From the NCBI RefSeq assembly GCF_009914755.1, contig NC_060930.1: a DNA stretch of 64,000 nt. The stretch is one strand, 5' to 3'. Origin of the DNA: the human T2T-CHM13v2.0 reference genome, Homo sapiens. Both the position numbers and the translations under genes were made by a program. Below the pieces are notes generated by a model that made no database searches, was not told the origin of the DNA, and saw nothing but the letters and a program-made list of their open reading frames with translations. This document shows positions 14,545 to 29,804 of this stretch, piece after piece (the stretch's first letter is position 1; each line of letters begins with the position of its first letter).

Positions 14545-15092
14545 ATTTCATGACAAAGACGCCAAAACCAATTGCGACAAGAGCAAAAATTCACAAATGG
14601 GATCTAATTAACTTTAAGTGCTTCCTCACAGCATAAGTATCAACACATTAAACAGACAACCTATAGTATGAGAGAAAATATTTACAAACTATGCATCTGA
14701 CAAGTATCTAATATCCAGCATCTATAAGAAACTTAAAGAAATTTGCAAAAAAAAAAATCCCATTAAAAGGTGGGCAAAGGACATGAACAGGCACTTTTCA
14801 AAAGAAGACATATATGTGGCCAAGAAGCATACGAAAAAAGCACAATATTACTGATCATTAGAGACATGCAAATCAAAACCAAAATAAGATGCCATCTCAC
14901 ACCAGTCAGAATGGCTATTATCAAAAAAGTAAAAGAGTAACAGATGATGGTGAAATTGTGGAGAAAAGAGAACACTTATGCACTATTGCTGAGAGTATAA
15001 ATTAGTTCAACCATTGTGGAAAGCATTGTAGCAATTGTCCCCAAACAGCGATAAATAGAACTACCATTCAACCCAGCAATCCCATTACTGGG

Positions 15093-15532
15093 TGTGATGG
15101 TTAATACTGAGTGTCAACTTGTTGAATTGAAGGATGCAAAGTATTGATCCTGGGTGTGTCTGTGAGGATGCTGCCAAAGGAAATTAACATTTGAGTCAGT
15201 GGGCTGGGGAAGGCAGACCCACTGTTAATCTGATGGGAACCATCAAATCAGCTGCCAGCAAATATAAAGCAGGCAGAAAAACATGAAAAGACAAGACTGG
15301 CATAGCCTCCCAGCCTACATCTTTCTCCCGTGATGAATGCTTCCTTCCCTCAGATATCAGACTCCAAGTTCTTTAGTTTTGAGACTCAAACTGGCTCTCC
15401 TTGCTCCTCAAGCTTGAAGGCAGCCTATTGTGCTTTCTGATTGTGTAAGTTAATATTTAATATACTCCCCTCTATATGTATATTTATGTCTATCCTATTA
15501 GCTCTGCTCTCTAGGGATCCCTGACTAATACA
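15093..15532 (+). mobile_element. MLT2A (HERV-L) 5' LTR
   Basis: tgtgatggttaatactgagtgtcaac...ctgactaataca followed by gattttggtacc. Confidence 0.9.
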
Positions 15533-16467
15533 GATTTTGGTACCAGGAGTAGTTCTAGAGGAAGAGAATATTAAGGTTGGAATTCTTTCATTGGTTTTGG
15601 GTTTTCTGGAGGACTCTATTTCTAAAAGTATGGAGAACACTGATAGTCATTGGCGTGAACTGTTTAGAGAGTTATGCAAAATAAATGCATTTGACACTCC
15701 TGATTCACTGCTCATGAGAGGCAAGGAATTTAGTGACTCTATATGTAATACATTTGACCATATGTGGAAAACCAAGGAACATAATGAAGCTGGTTGGTTG
15801 CTTCTAAGTTCAGTGAACAAAGTGATGAAAGAAAATGATGAACTCAGAGATTCTGTCTCCTGGCTTCAGAAGAAGATACTGAGCCTCAAATCTGCTAAAA
15901 TTGCCCTGATTGAGAGTTTTATCTCCTGCAGAGAAAGAGCTGAAATTGTGGCAGAACCCCCACATAGGCTCTCTGACTGCTAAGGTGAGGGCTATTATGT
16001 TGGGAAAGATAAAATAGAAGCCATTACAGCTGCCTCTACCTAGAAAAACACTAAATCAAAAATAGTATTGCATCCCTGGAGAAACTGCAAAGATTAGTGC
16101 CACCATCAAGGACTTGAAAGATGCAGGGATGAGGATTCCTAACACAGCCCCATTCAACTCTCCCATTTGGCCTGTGCAGAAGACAGATGGATCTTCAAGA
16201 ATGCTACTGGATTATCCTAAGCTTAACCAAGTGGTGACTCAAACTGCAGCTGCTGTACCAGATGTGGTTTCATTGCTTGAGTAAATTAACACATCTCCTG
16301 GTATGCAGCCACTGACTTGGCAAATGCCTTTATCTCCGTTCCTGTCCATAAGGCCCACCAGAAGCAATTTGCCTTCAGCTGGCAAGGCCAGCAATATACC
16401 TTTTCTGTCCTACCTCAGAAGTATATCAACTCTCCGGCTTTGTGTCATAATCTTATCCAGAGAGAAC
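15533..16467 (+). mobile_element. HERV-L internal remnant: gag 5' part fused by deletion to a pro/RT segment
   Basis: ORF 15537..15983 (MENTDSHWRELFRELCKINAFD..) is HERV-L gag-like; 16150-16250 encodes PFNSPIWPVQKTDGS..KLNQVVT, an RT motif. Confidence 0.88.
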
Positions 16468-17430
16468 ATGGATAAGGTGAGACATGGAATCAACCTAAAT
16501 GCCCATCAATGACAAATTGAATAAAGAAAATGTGGACATATATACCATAGAATACTATGCAGCATTTAAGAAGAACAAGATCATGTCTTTCATGGCAACA
16601 TGGATGGAGCTGGAGACAATCTAATACACAAACAGAAAATCAAATACCACATGTTCTCAGGTATAAGTGGGAGCTAAATGATGAGAACTCATGGACACAA
16701 AGAGGGGAACAACAGACACTGGGGCCTATTAGAGGGTAGGAGGTGGAGAAGGGAGAGGAACAGAAAAGATAACTATTAGGTACAAGGCTTAGTACCTGGG
16801 TGATGAAATAATCTGTACAACAAATCTCTGTAACATGAGTTTACCTATATAACAATCCTACACATGTACCACTGAAGCTAAAATAAGAGTTTTTAAAAAA
16901 AAGAATACAAAAAGAAAACAAGATCAAGGTGTTAGGGAGGCAAATTCTATCAGGTGGTAATTTGTTGCCTATAGAAAGGGAAGAATCATAATGATTTCCA
17001 GGTTTCTGGTTCATTAAATTGTGTGGCTAATAGTACCATACACTGAGAAAAACAGGAAACAGAATTGATTTGGGAAGGAGAAAACATTACATTCAGTTGT
17101 ACACAGTAAGACTAAGATGCCTGTGATTGTTCCAGATGCCCATTGTCTGGTAGGGTTCTAAATATAAAACTGGCAGTCAAGTCATATAGCTCAAAGAGTT
17201 GTCAGTGTGTAACTGAAGCCACTGAATTGGATGAGATCACTCTGGAGGCCATAGGACAAACAAAGCAAAAGAAGTCTACAAAGACAACTATGCAGGAGAG
17301 ACCAGAAAAGAAGGAAGAGAACAAGAAGTAAATAATGCCACAGCCATAGAAACAAAGAATTACACTAAGGAGTGGACAAACCATGTCAAATATTCCAAAG
17401 TGGTAAATTAAGCTAAAGGAGGTGGGGATG

Positions 17431-18125
17431 TGACATGATTTGGTTGTGTCCCCACCCAAATCTCACCTTGAACTGTAGTTCCCATAATCCCCACATGTGA
17501 CGGTTAACACTGAGTGTCAACTTGATTGGATTGAAGGATGCAAAGTTTTGATCCTGGGTGTGTCTGTGAGGGTGTTGCCAAAGGAGATTAACATTTGAGT
17601 CAGTGGGCTGGGAAAGGCAGACCCACCCTTAATCTGGGTAGGCACCCTCTAATCAGCTGTCTGTGTGCCTAGAATATAAAGCAGGCAGAAAAATGTGAAA
17701 AGACTAGACTGGCCTAGCCTCTCAGCCTACATCTTTCTCCCCTTGATATATAGATATATATATAGATACATAGAGAGATATATCCTATTAGTTCTGTCCC
17801 TCTAAAGAACGCTGACTAATACACCATATGTCATGGAAGAGACATGGTGGTAATTGAATCATGGGGGCAGTTACCCCCATGTTGTTTTCATGATAGTGAG
17901 TTATCATGAGATATGATGGTTTTATAAGGGATTTTTCCCCCTTTGCTCAGCACTTCTCTTGCCTGCTGCCATGTGATGAAGGATGTGTTTTCTTCCCCTT
18001 CCACCATGATTGTAAGTTTCCTGAGTCTCCCCAGCCATGCTGAACTGTGAGTCAACTAAACCTCTTTCCTTTTAAGTTATCCAGTCTCAAGTATGTCTTT
18101 ATTAGCAGCATGACAAACTAATACA
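17431..18125 (+). mobile_element. THE1 solo LTR split by MLT2A
   Basis: tgacatgatttggttgtgtccccacccaaatctc...actaataca. Confidence 0.88.
17496..17823 (+). mobile_element. MLT2A solo LTR with an internal deletion
   Basis: Homologous to 15093-15532; 5-bp TSD ccaca / ccata. Confidence 0.9.
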
Positions 18126-18773
18126 GGGAGGTTCCATTACATTAGGGAATTACATATTTATTGGGTTTTGGCAGAACAATTTAAGTTAGGTAGTTGGGCA
18201 AAGATGCCAGATTATGGTGGCTTCCATGGTTGACAGAAGAGAAAGAAACATAGAGACTTAAAGCACAGACAAATTTTCCAGGAAGCTTAGGGTGGAGGGG
18301 AAGAAAGCAAACTACAGTGTGGTAAATAAAAGAAGGCATAGATCAAAAGAGTTGTTTGTTTTAAAAGGAACTCATATACATGTCTAAATCATGACAGAAA
18401 GCAGTGATCTTTCTACAGGGTTAAAATATAATGCCTTTGGGAGAAACAGAATAATATAACTGCAGTTAACTGTCTTAAGACCAAACAGAAAACAAATTTT
18501 TCCGTAAGTGGAAAGATATATTTGAATACGCCCCACAGAGATACATGAAAACTTAAGAGAACAAACATTGAAGCCATCATTTTGGACTATATCATAAAAC
18601 TAATTTGTACTTGTTTCCCATAATCTAAATAAAACCAATCATATTAGAATAATTATTTTCACTGGATCCGTATAATGTGCTAGATTTATATACCTCTAAG
18701 ACAGCCTACTTTCTCTAAGGTACTCCCACTGTAGTGGGAAATACAGGCACATAAATGACTAACGATAAAACTA

Positions 18774-21437
<2,664 letters not shown>

Positions 21438-22324
21438 TACTTAAGAAGTGCCAACATACAAGTAAGCACAAAATACAATTGAAAAACTTCAACGAAAAGA
21501 AGATAAGAGAATCTAAGTTAATGTTAAATGATAGAAGTACCTATCTTTGTATTTCACGTCATATAAGCTATTAAAAGTTTCCCAAAGTAGACAAAATTTT
21601 TAAAAATCCAAGTATTTAGGGTTAACAGGTTTAAAGGTATTCAAAAGGGCAAAACTATGTTTATGAAAAAAAAAATCACATAGGACAAAGCAACCAGAAA
21701 ATGAAAAAGAATGATCAATAATAAAATTTCAATATCAAGTCTTTATTAATCCTTATATGCATATACACATATGTTTCTATGTGTTTAATTCATAAATGTA
21801 CCCAAAGTTAAGGAACTAAATATCCCTTAATGATTAAAACAAGTTACTTATCTGTGAATATTAGTACAACATAGTTCTCAAATTAAATAAATTTGTATAT
21901 ACTGCCCTCATGGGGCAATAATATGTAGTTCATTCAAATATAAGCAGAAAACGCAGTGGACTCCGTGGATACAATTTATTCCTAATTATCCTAGCCAATG
22001 AAGCAGCATCACTGGTTTGACTAATAATGTAATGAGTCATCTAAAAATCACTCACATGGATACTTCTATTTATGCCAAGTATCTTTCCTGGTTGGAGTTA
22101 GCCTTGTATTCTGATAGGTCTTGGGAATGTTAGGTGACCTGGATCAAAGATTCCACGCATAGAAAATTCAAAAGTTGATATAATTCATGCATGATTAATC
22201 AAATCAGCCCTTAAATGCCATTACATAATGTTTCTTTTTTCTCTTTTTGGTCAAATTACCTTTTTACTACCAATCTCAAATAGTAGCATTTATAACAGAG
22301 AAAGATTTAAAGAAAATGACTTAC

Positions 22325-22441
22325 AATAACACATGTTGGGACTTCACGAAGAGAATATTCTGTTTTATTAGGAAGATCTTGATTCCTTACAAGCTCATAA
22401 ATAGCAGGATAGGATAACAAGTTCACCAGTGCTAAAAAAGA
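22325..22441 (-). CDS. TBC1D32: TBC1D32 coding exon, 117 nt ([39 protein letters not shown])
   Basis: tttccctctag|TCTTTT...GTTATT|gtaagt; phase 0 to 0, 39 codons, no stop. Confidence 0.96.
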
Positions 22442-25400
22442 CTAGAGGGAAAGAAAACAGTCATTTAAATGATTCACTTTTGTCAACCACATCCATGGAG
22501 AGTCATTAATGTAGTTTCCTATCTGTATGACTTTGAGGGCTCATTTTTAAATATACCTAATTCCCATACGTTTGAAATATGTACATATATAAGTACAAAA
22601 CAGTTAACATGCACAGCAATAATCTATAAGCTGACAATGCATGATGTAACAACCATTACATACATACATGAAATTTGGAATATGCTTTAAAATGTCATAT
22701 ATCTCTTAAAAGTTTGGTTCTGACAAAAATTCAATAATCCATCTTTCTCATTCTTTGCACTTTCATATCCAATATGTAAGAAAATGCAAGGGAATAATAC
22801 TTAGGGACTCTGGGGCAAAATAATAAATTCTATATATTTTTGCCCTCAGACCATGAGGCTATCTTTTAACTACATTCACTGAAAATCCAACTAACCTAAA
22901 TATGATAGCTAATTTTTAAAAGCCATGCCTATCAAAGCTAACCCATTTTCTGGTGCAATTTTACCAATCTCTCCATGAAATATTTAAGCTCTTCACTCTC
23001 ATTGCATCTTATTAAACACAACTAGAATATTTTTCTCAGGCACATTTACTCTTGGGCTCCCCAGCTCAAAAGCATGCTGTGGTTGCCCATCACTAAGCAT
23101 CAAATCTAAACTCCTTAGCATGGCTTTCAAGGCACTTCTCTAATTGACACGATTCTACTCTTCACAGTCTCAAAAGCCTCATTTCCTAGTATTCCTCAGC
23201 ATGAAGTCGTCACTTCAGTCAATCAAATCTGCCTGTGGTCTTCAACTGACTGCCACCTATACATACTTTTTTATCCTAGTAACACACTTCTCCTGCCCTC
23301 CACTTACTCATTATCTCACTTGATATGCTTTCAAAATATGTCACATCTGTTCTGAAGACTTTCCAATTAACTCTATGCACATCTAGAAGTCCTATGTTCT
23401 GTCAATACTTATATCTTTTGCTTGCATTATATTAATTGTACTTACTTGCAACTGTAAAGTTTACTGCTTTACATTTTCTAAAAATTTTCACTAGAGTCAG
23501 AAACTTGGAGAACCAGACATACTGAGATATTTCACTAGAACCAGAAATTTGAAAATTCAGAAAATTAAAAAGAACATTTCATTCAATCTCACTTAATAGA
23601 TGAAAAAAATTGAGCTCAAGTGAAGTGGCTTGGCCAAAGACACATACTCAGAAAGTTGGTAGCAAAAATAATCTGTATTTTCTTATTTCCAGACTCAAGT
23701 TACTCATTAGAAATTATAATATAATCTTCAGACACTATTTGACACCGACACCCTTGTTCTACATCCTTCTTTGAGGACCTATGAAGTCAAGTCCATGTTA
23801 TATCTCCTCCCTTAGTATGCCAAAATGCAATGTTATTTAGCACATAACAGTGGCTACATAATGAATATATTTAACACACAGTGGTTTTTAATAAAGGCTA
23901 TTTCTGTCTAAAAAATGAATTCACATTAAACTTATTGAAATCACCCTTATTTTTCCCTATAATACAATATTCCCTAAAATGAAGAAGGAATTTCTAACCA
24001 ATTCAAGAAGAAAATAATCCATGATTAAAAGCTAATAACTATTTGGATAGTAATGAAGTTATAAAAAATAACTGATACAATAAATTAGTTGCCATTTAAT
24101 GAATGCCTCTGTAAAGAGAACACTACATGAGAAGTATGCACTATAGAAAAGGAAGAAAAAAATTGCCAAGGAAAGAATGTTTAAGAAATATGTCTATTAA
24201 TTATACATAAAATGAACTGCAGAAAAACTGGAGGGTTCATAGTCACCTAGGAAACTACTGTATAAACTTCTCTAATCACCGGCTATTAACTAGAAAGATG
24301 ATTAATAGAACAGATTTCATTATAGCTTTATTTTTAATCCAATTTAGTTTATCCTGAGAACACAGATGAACCAAAAAATACAAGCTAATAATGCTTTATA
24401 ATTTAAATCTGCAAAGATGTTTTAATGTCCTTAATATTAATCCAGCAATATTTGGATACTATCATGAATAAATCCTTTATTTTATGTTTAAAGAATCTTT
24501 TCTACCATAATCATAAAAGATTACAAAAAAGCCTTTTAAAATGTCTATTTTGGTAGAAAAATAAATATAACCTTTATAAATCACATATATCAATAGTATA
24601 TTGAGCATTTTTGTATTATTTATACATGAAGAATTCAATTGATGATTATGGAACCTCTCTTCATGTAAGAAATAAAATGATGTGGACCACATACAATCAA
24701 GGTAAGGTGTGATATGCTACTCTAAGCAAATCAAGTAAAACTTTAGGTAAAAATAATTCAACAACTGTATTCAAACTAAAACAACCTGAACAGAATTTTA
24801 AAGAAGTTTGAGAAGATTTCAGCAGCTTGTTTCTAGAAGAAATACATTCATTTCTCACACATCGGGCATTTTAAAAGATGTTAGCTTAGTGCAAAATTGT
24901 GATGTATTATGCATTTCTGGAATAAAAATATATACAATGTAATTATTGGTTCCCACAAACACACATTATAAGATGTTGCTAATATCAGATATTAACTATC
25001 TTAAAATTTAAAGTAGCACAAAACATAAATCTATGTCATCAATGTTTTGAATAGAAGAATGAGATTTTATGCAATAATGATAAGGAAACTAATGAAAAGT
25101 CAACGTTTGATATATTTTTAAGACTAAAGCATAAAATTAATTCCCCAAGTCAAGAAGTTTTCTTATAAATTAAAATCTTTCAGGTTGATAATGATCTTCT
25201 ATTCACTTATTCACTAAAAATATTGTAGTGCCAGCTGCTTATCAGTAATTGTGCCAAATGCTAACGATAAAAATAGGAATAAAGGCATGGTCCCTGCCCT
25301 CAAGGACTCATAGTATAGTGCAGGACAAAATACACTATTAAATCACTTACAATAGCGCCTAAATGTTCTGACTTTACTGCAATATGGAGAGCAATGGGGG

Positions 25401-26033
25401 GATATAAGGATGACACTCTTCAGCAATGTAGGGAGAGGTGAAAGGTAAGTCTGTATAAGTAGCAGGCAGGCAGTCAGGCAGAGATGTGCTACATTAATGA
25501 GCAGTATCTTTATCCTCTAGGGAAAGAAAAGGGCAAAGTGTTTTCAGAAAAGTAGTGGGAATTAAATTTTACATTTTAAATAGAATGCTCTAAAGAAAAA
25601 TGGTTTTGGAGGGCAGACAATATAAAGGAGTAAAGAACAAATTAGAATTTGGAAGCTGTAAGACTGTCAGAGATACATTACACCTATTAGAACACAGATG
25701 TATTAAAAACATGTCCAATAGACAGAATAATCAAATAGTTACTCATAAGGTTAGTGTTCGGGGAATACATGTCTTAGGAGTAAAGGAAAGGTCTGTGAAG
25801 ACTATGTGTATAAAGTATTCTATTCTTTAAAGTAGTATGGACACGAAGGGGAGAAGGAAGACTGAATAGTGATAATAATTTAACTGCTGTCATTATATGA
25901 GCACTTACTTTTGGCCAAATGCTATAGTATCAATATTTATACACATTATCTATTTTAATCCTTAATATGTACAACTGTAAGACCATTGTAAGGAACACCA
26001 GGCTTCTGAAGCCAAGTCTCACTGACTCTAAAG

Positions 26034-26261
26034 TAGGGGTGTCCAATATTTTGGCTTCCCTGGGCCACATTGGAAGAAGAAGAATTGTCTTGGGCCACAC
26101 ATAAAATACAGTAACAATAGCTAATGAGCTGAGAAAATAAAAATAAAAACTGCAAAAAAAATCTCATAATGTTTTAAGAAAGGCTATGAATTTGTGCTGC
26201 GCCACATTCAAAGCTGTCCTGGGCTGAATGCAGCCCATGGGCCGCAGGTTCAACAAGCTTG
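26034..26261 (+). mobile_element. MER30 hAT MITE
   Basis: aggggtgtccaat...acaagcttg; 8-bp TSD ctctaaag / ttctaaag. Confidence 0.88.
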
Positions 26262-26399
26262 TTCTAAAGTCTCTGCTATGATGTAAACCACTAGAAGACA
26301 CTAAGAATGCATTTAGATTCAGGGAGAGGATCTTTTGTTTGTGCTGGTGGAGTGAGAGGGATGTTACTTGTTTTTGGATGAGAGAATCAAGCCATCTTC

Positions 26400-28204
26400 A
26401 AATAGTTTTACATCTTTTTTTCCAATCTGTATGCCTTCTATTTTTTCTTGCCTTATTATACTTACATAATATAATGTAAATAAAAGTGGTAAGAGTCAAC
26501 CAAATTTAGAGTCAATATTTTACCATTAAATATGATACAAACTGTATGTTTTCCAAACACAGCATTTATCAGATTATGGATTAAATCATTTGAATTTTTA
26601 TCATAAATGTATATGAAATTTAGTAAAATGTTTCTACATATGTTGAAATAATATTAAGAGTTTTCTTTTTATTCTTTAATATGGTAAGTCGTATTTTCAT
26701 ACTGAAACATTTAACCAACTTTATGTTCCTGGAATAAATCCCACTTGATCATAATAAATGGTCCTTTTATATACTGCTGAATTCCAATCGATAATATAGT
26801 ATTTTAAAAAAACATTCTGTCCATATTCATCAGGCTATAGAGCTATAATTTTCTTCTTTTTTGGTGATGTTTTTATATCAGTGTTATGCTGGCCTCATAA
26901 ATTAGAAATGGTTTCCTCTACCTGTTTTCTGAAAAAGCTTGTGTGAGATCAGTGTTCTTTCTCCTACAAATGTTTCATAGAATCCACTGGTGAAACCATC
27001 TGTTTTTCTCTGTGTAAGGAGGTTCTTAATGACAAATTCAATTTCTTTAACAAATGCATACCTATTTTTTTAATTGAGTCAGTTTTGGTAACCCTACTTT
27101 TAAAGAAAATTTGCCAATTAGATCTTAGTTGTTGAGTTAATGACCTAAAACAAATCATAATATTCACTTATTATCCTTTAATATCTGTGGAATCATTAGT
27201 CTTACCCCTGTTTCATTCTTGATATTGGTAATTTTGGATCTCTCTTATTTTTGTCATCAATCTAGTGAGGGGTTTATCACCTTTAATAATCATTTCCAAA
27301 AATCACATTTGGATTTGTTATTTCTCTTTAGTTTGTTCTGTTTCATTGATTTCTGCTCTAATGTTTATTATTTCCCTTGTTGTATTGGTTTTGGCTGTAA
27401 TTTGCTCTTCTTTTTCTACTCCCTTTGGGTAGAAACTTGAGTCAGTAATTTTAGATCCTTCTTATTTTCTAATACAAATATTAAAGTTAAAAATATCTCT
27501 CTTAGCACTGCTTCAACTATAACCACAAATTCTGATGTATTTTTATTTGCATCCAGTTTGAAATATTTCCTAATTTCCCTTGTGACTTCTTTGAGCTACA
27601 AGTTATTTGTAAGTATGTGGCTTAATTTCCAAGTATCTTTTTTTCTAGTTTCTAGTTCTTGATTTTTAATTAATTTCATTGTGGTTATAGAATGTACTTC
27701 ATATTATTCCAATTATCTTAAATTTATTTAGACTTGCATTTAGCCCAACATGGTCTATCTTTGAGGACATGCCATGTGTTCTTGAAAAGAATGCGTATTC
27801 TGTAGTCACCGAGTATAATATTCTATAAATATCAAATGGTTAATAGTGGTATTCATATCATGTAATTCCTAACAGAGAGCTCTTGATCTGTTCTATCAGT
27901 TGCTAACAGAAATGTTAAAATCTTCAACTCTGATTGCAGATTTGCCTATTTCTTCCTTAAATTCTATTTTAATACTACATATATTTTAGATATTTTATTA
28001 GGATCATACTGATTTATGATTATGTCTTTCTGGCGTATTGACCATATTCATATTATCATTATAAAATGTGTCTCTTAATCTGATAGTTTTTCCTTTACTT
28101 TATCTCTGACACTAAATGTGGCTGTGTCAGTTTTCTAATGTTTATTGCTTCTTTGTACATATTTTTTCCATCCAACTTATCTTTATCTTTAAAGTGAACT
28201 TCTT
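26400..28204 (-). mobile_element. Old L1M ORF2 fragment, continuing at 34984
   Basis: T-rich antisense L1 motifs such as ctggaataaatcccacttgatcat and cttgaaaagaatgcgtattctg. Confidence 0.75.
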
Positions 28205-28849
28205 CTAGAACTCTGCCACCTGCCCCAGAGAGCCTTCTCTGTGCCTACAATTACCTCGCCTGCCCTCCCTCCATAACACCCAGTATCCTGACCTTTACAA
28301 TAATCATTTTCAAAGGTTTTCTTGTGGTTTTATTTCTCAGGTGTACATATCTAGACACTATAATTTTGTCTTTCCCATTTTCAAGACTTGATATGTCATT
28401 TAAAGTTTCTTTTAATCTACAGGCATTCATCTTCTCCCTCTCCCTTCTTTTCATTTCATCTGTTGACAAGCTCAGGCCATTTGACCTGTAAAGTTTCCAC
28501 CAGTCTGGATTTCAGGAAGTGCACAGTCAGGGAGCAGTTCAGCCTGTTCTTCCATCCTTTGGATATATGCAGTTTCCATATTCTGCAAACTGGCAGCTGA
28601 ATCTAAAGGCTTGATCAAATTAGATACCTTGGTAAGACTAGAGGTGGTGGTTTATTCTTTCATTAGAGGGCACATTAATAATGTTTAGCCATTTCTGTTT
28701 TAATGATGTTAAGGTGACTCAATTAATTCTCGCAGACTGCAAATGATGACGTTCTACTTCCATCATTTTAAAAAAATTATTAGTTGGGATAATTCATGAA
28801 AAAGAGGCACTATCTTCACCTACTATTTGGTTACCCAGTGGTAGAGTTC

Positions 28850-29211
28850 TGATATGGTTTAGCTCTTTGTCCCTACCCAAATCTCATCTCAAATTGTAAT
28901 CCCTACATGCCAAAGGAAGGACCTGGTGGGAGCTGATTGGATCATGGGTGCAGTTCCCCCATGCTGTTCCCATGATAGTGAGTTCTCCTGAGATCTCATG
29001 GTTTAAATGTGTTTGGCAGTTCCCCTTCACTCTCTCTCTCTCCAGCAGCCATGTAAGATGTGTGCCTTGCTTCCCCTCCGCCTTCCTTCCTGAATGTAAG
29101 TTTCCTGAGGCCTCCCCAGACATGTGGAACTATGAGTCAATTAAACCTCTTTTCTTTATAAATTACCCAGTCTCGGGTAGTTCTTCATAGTAGTGAAAAT
29201 GGACCAAAACA
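28850..29211 (+). mobile_element. MSTA/THE1D-like solo LTR within an L1MC-like 3' fragment
   Basis: tgatatggttt...aaaca; 5-bp TSD agttc on both sides. Confidence 0.88.
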
Positions 29212-29711
29212 AGTTCATACAGGAAAGGCACAATAAATGCTGTTATTTTATTAAACAAGTTTCAAGATAATCAATTGATTCTCGATCATCCTCTGAGCAT
29301 AACCAATTTTTAAAAATACTATTTAATAGTTTTGCTTTCATATCCACACTATGCATCATGACTAATTAAACATACGGATGCTGATAATACTTTCTACCAT
29401 TTATTGAGTGCCTACTATATGCCAAGCATTCTGCCATATACTTTTATAAATTATCACAGTTTGACATGCTAAAGGTTATTGGTAAATATATTATCATCTT
29501 TAACACTGGTTAACTACATTTGCCTACCACCTAAAATGTAATTTCATTTTGTTTCTAATTATAGTTCAGTACAGACAGTTATCAACAACCTGCAACTTAG
29601 GTGATGTTAAGCCACCTGTAATTAAAGTGAATCAGAACATATTTATTTTACTGTGTCCACAGAAAAAATAAAGTTAATTTCTTTTTTACTGGTAAATGTT
29701 ATTGAAATCTG

Positions 29712-29787
29712 ATATGTATATATCTGATATATATATATATACATATATACACACACGTGTATATATACACATGTGTGTATATATATT
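29712..29787. repeat. (TA)/(CA)/(TG) compound microsatellite
   Basis: Direct reading. Confidence 0.85.
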
Positions 29788-29804
29788 TGCCACTTGTGCA
29801 GTGT

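Larger units (their letters stand above)
16930..18350 (-). mobile_element. L2 fragments flanking the THE1/MLT2A composite
   Basis: ccaggtttctgg...ggatgagatcac...tgccagattatggtgg motifs. Confidence 0.55.

Noticed and set aside
13451-14553. Cluster of overlapping ORFs in GC-rich sequence resembling a gene or CpG island
   Set aside because: Lies entirely within the MER52 LTR; CpGs have decayed to TG/CA.
21950-22200. TGAGTCA (AP-1) and CCAAT motifs, and a possible cryptic exon near the 117-nt exon
   Set aside because: Short motifs expected by chance; no convincing splice pair and no conservation data available.
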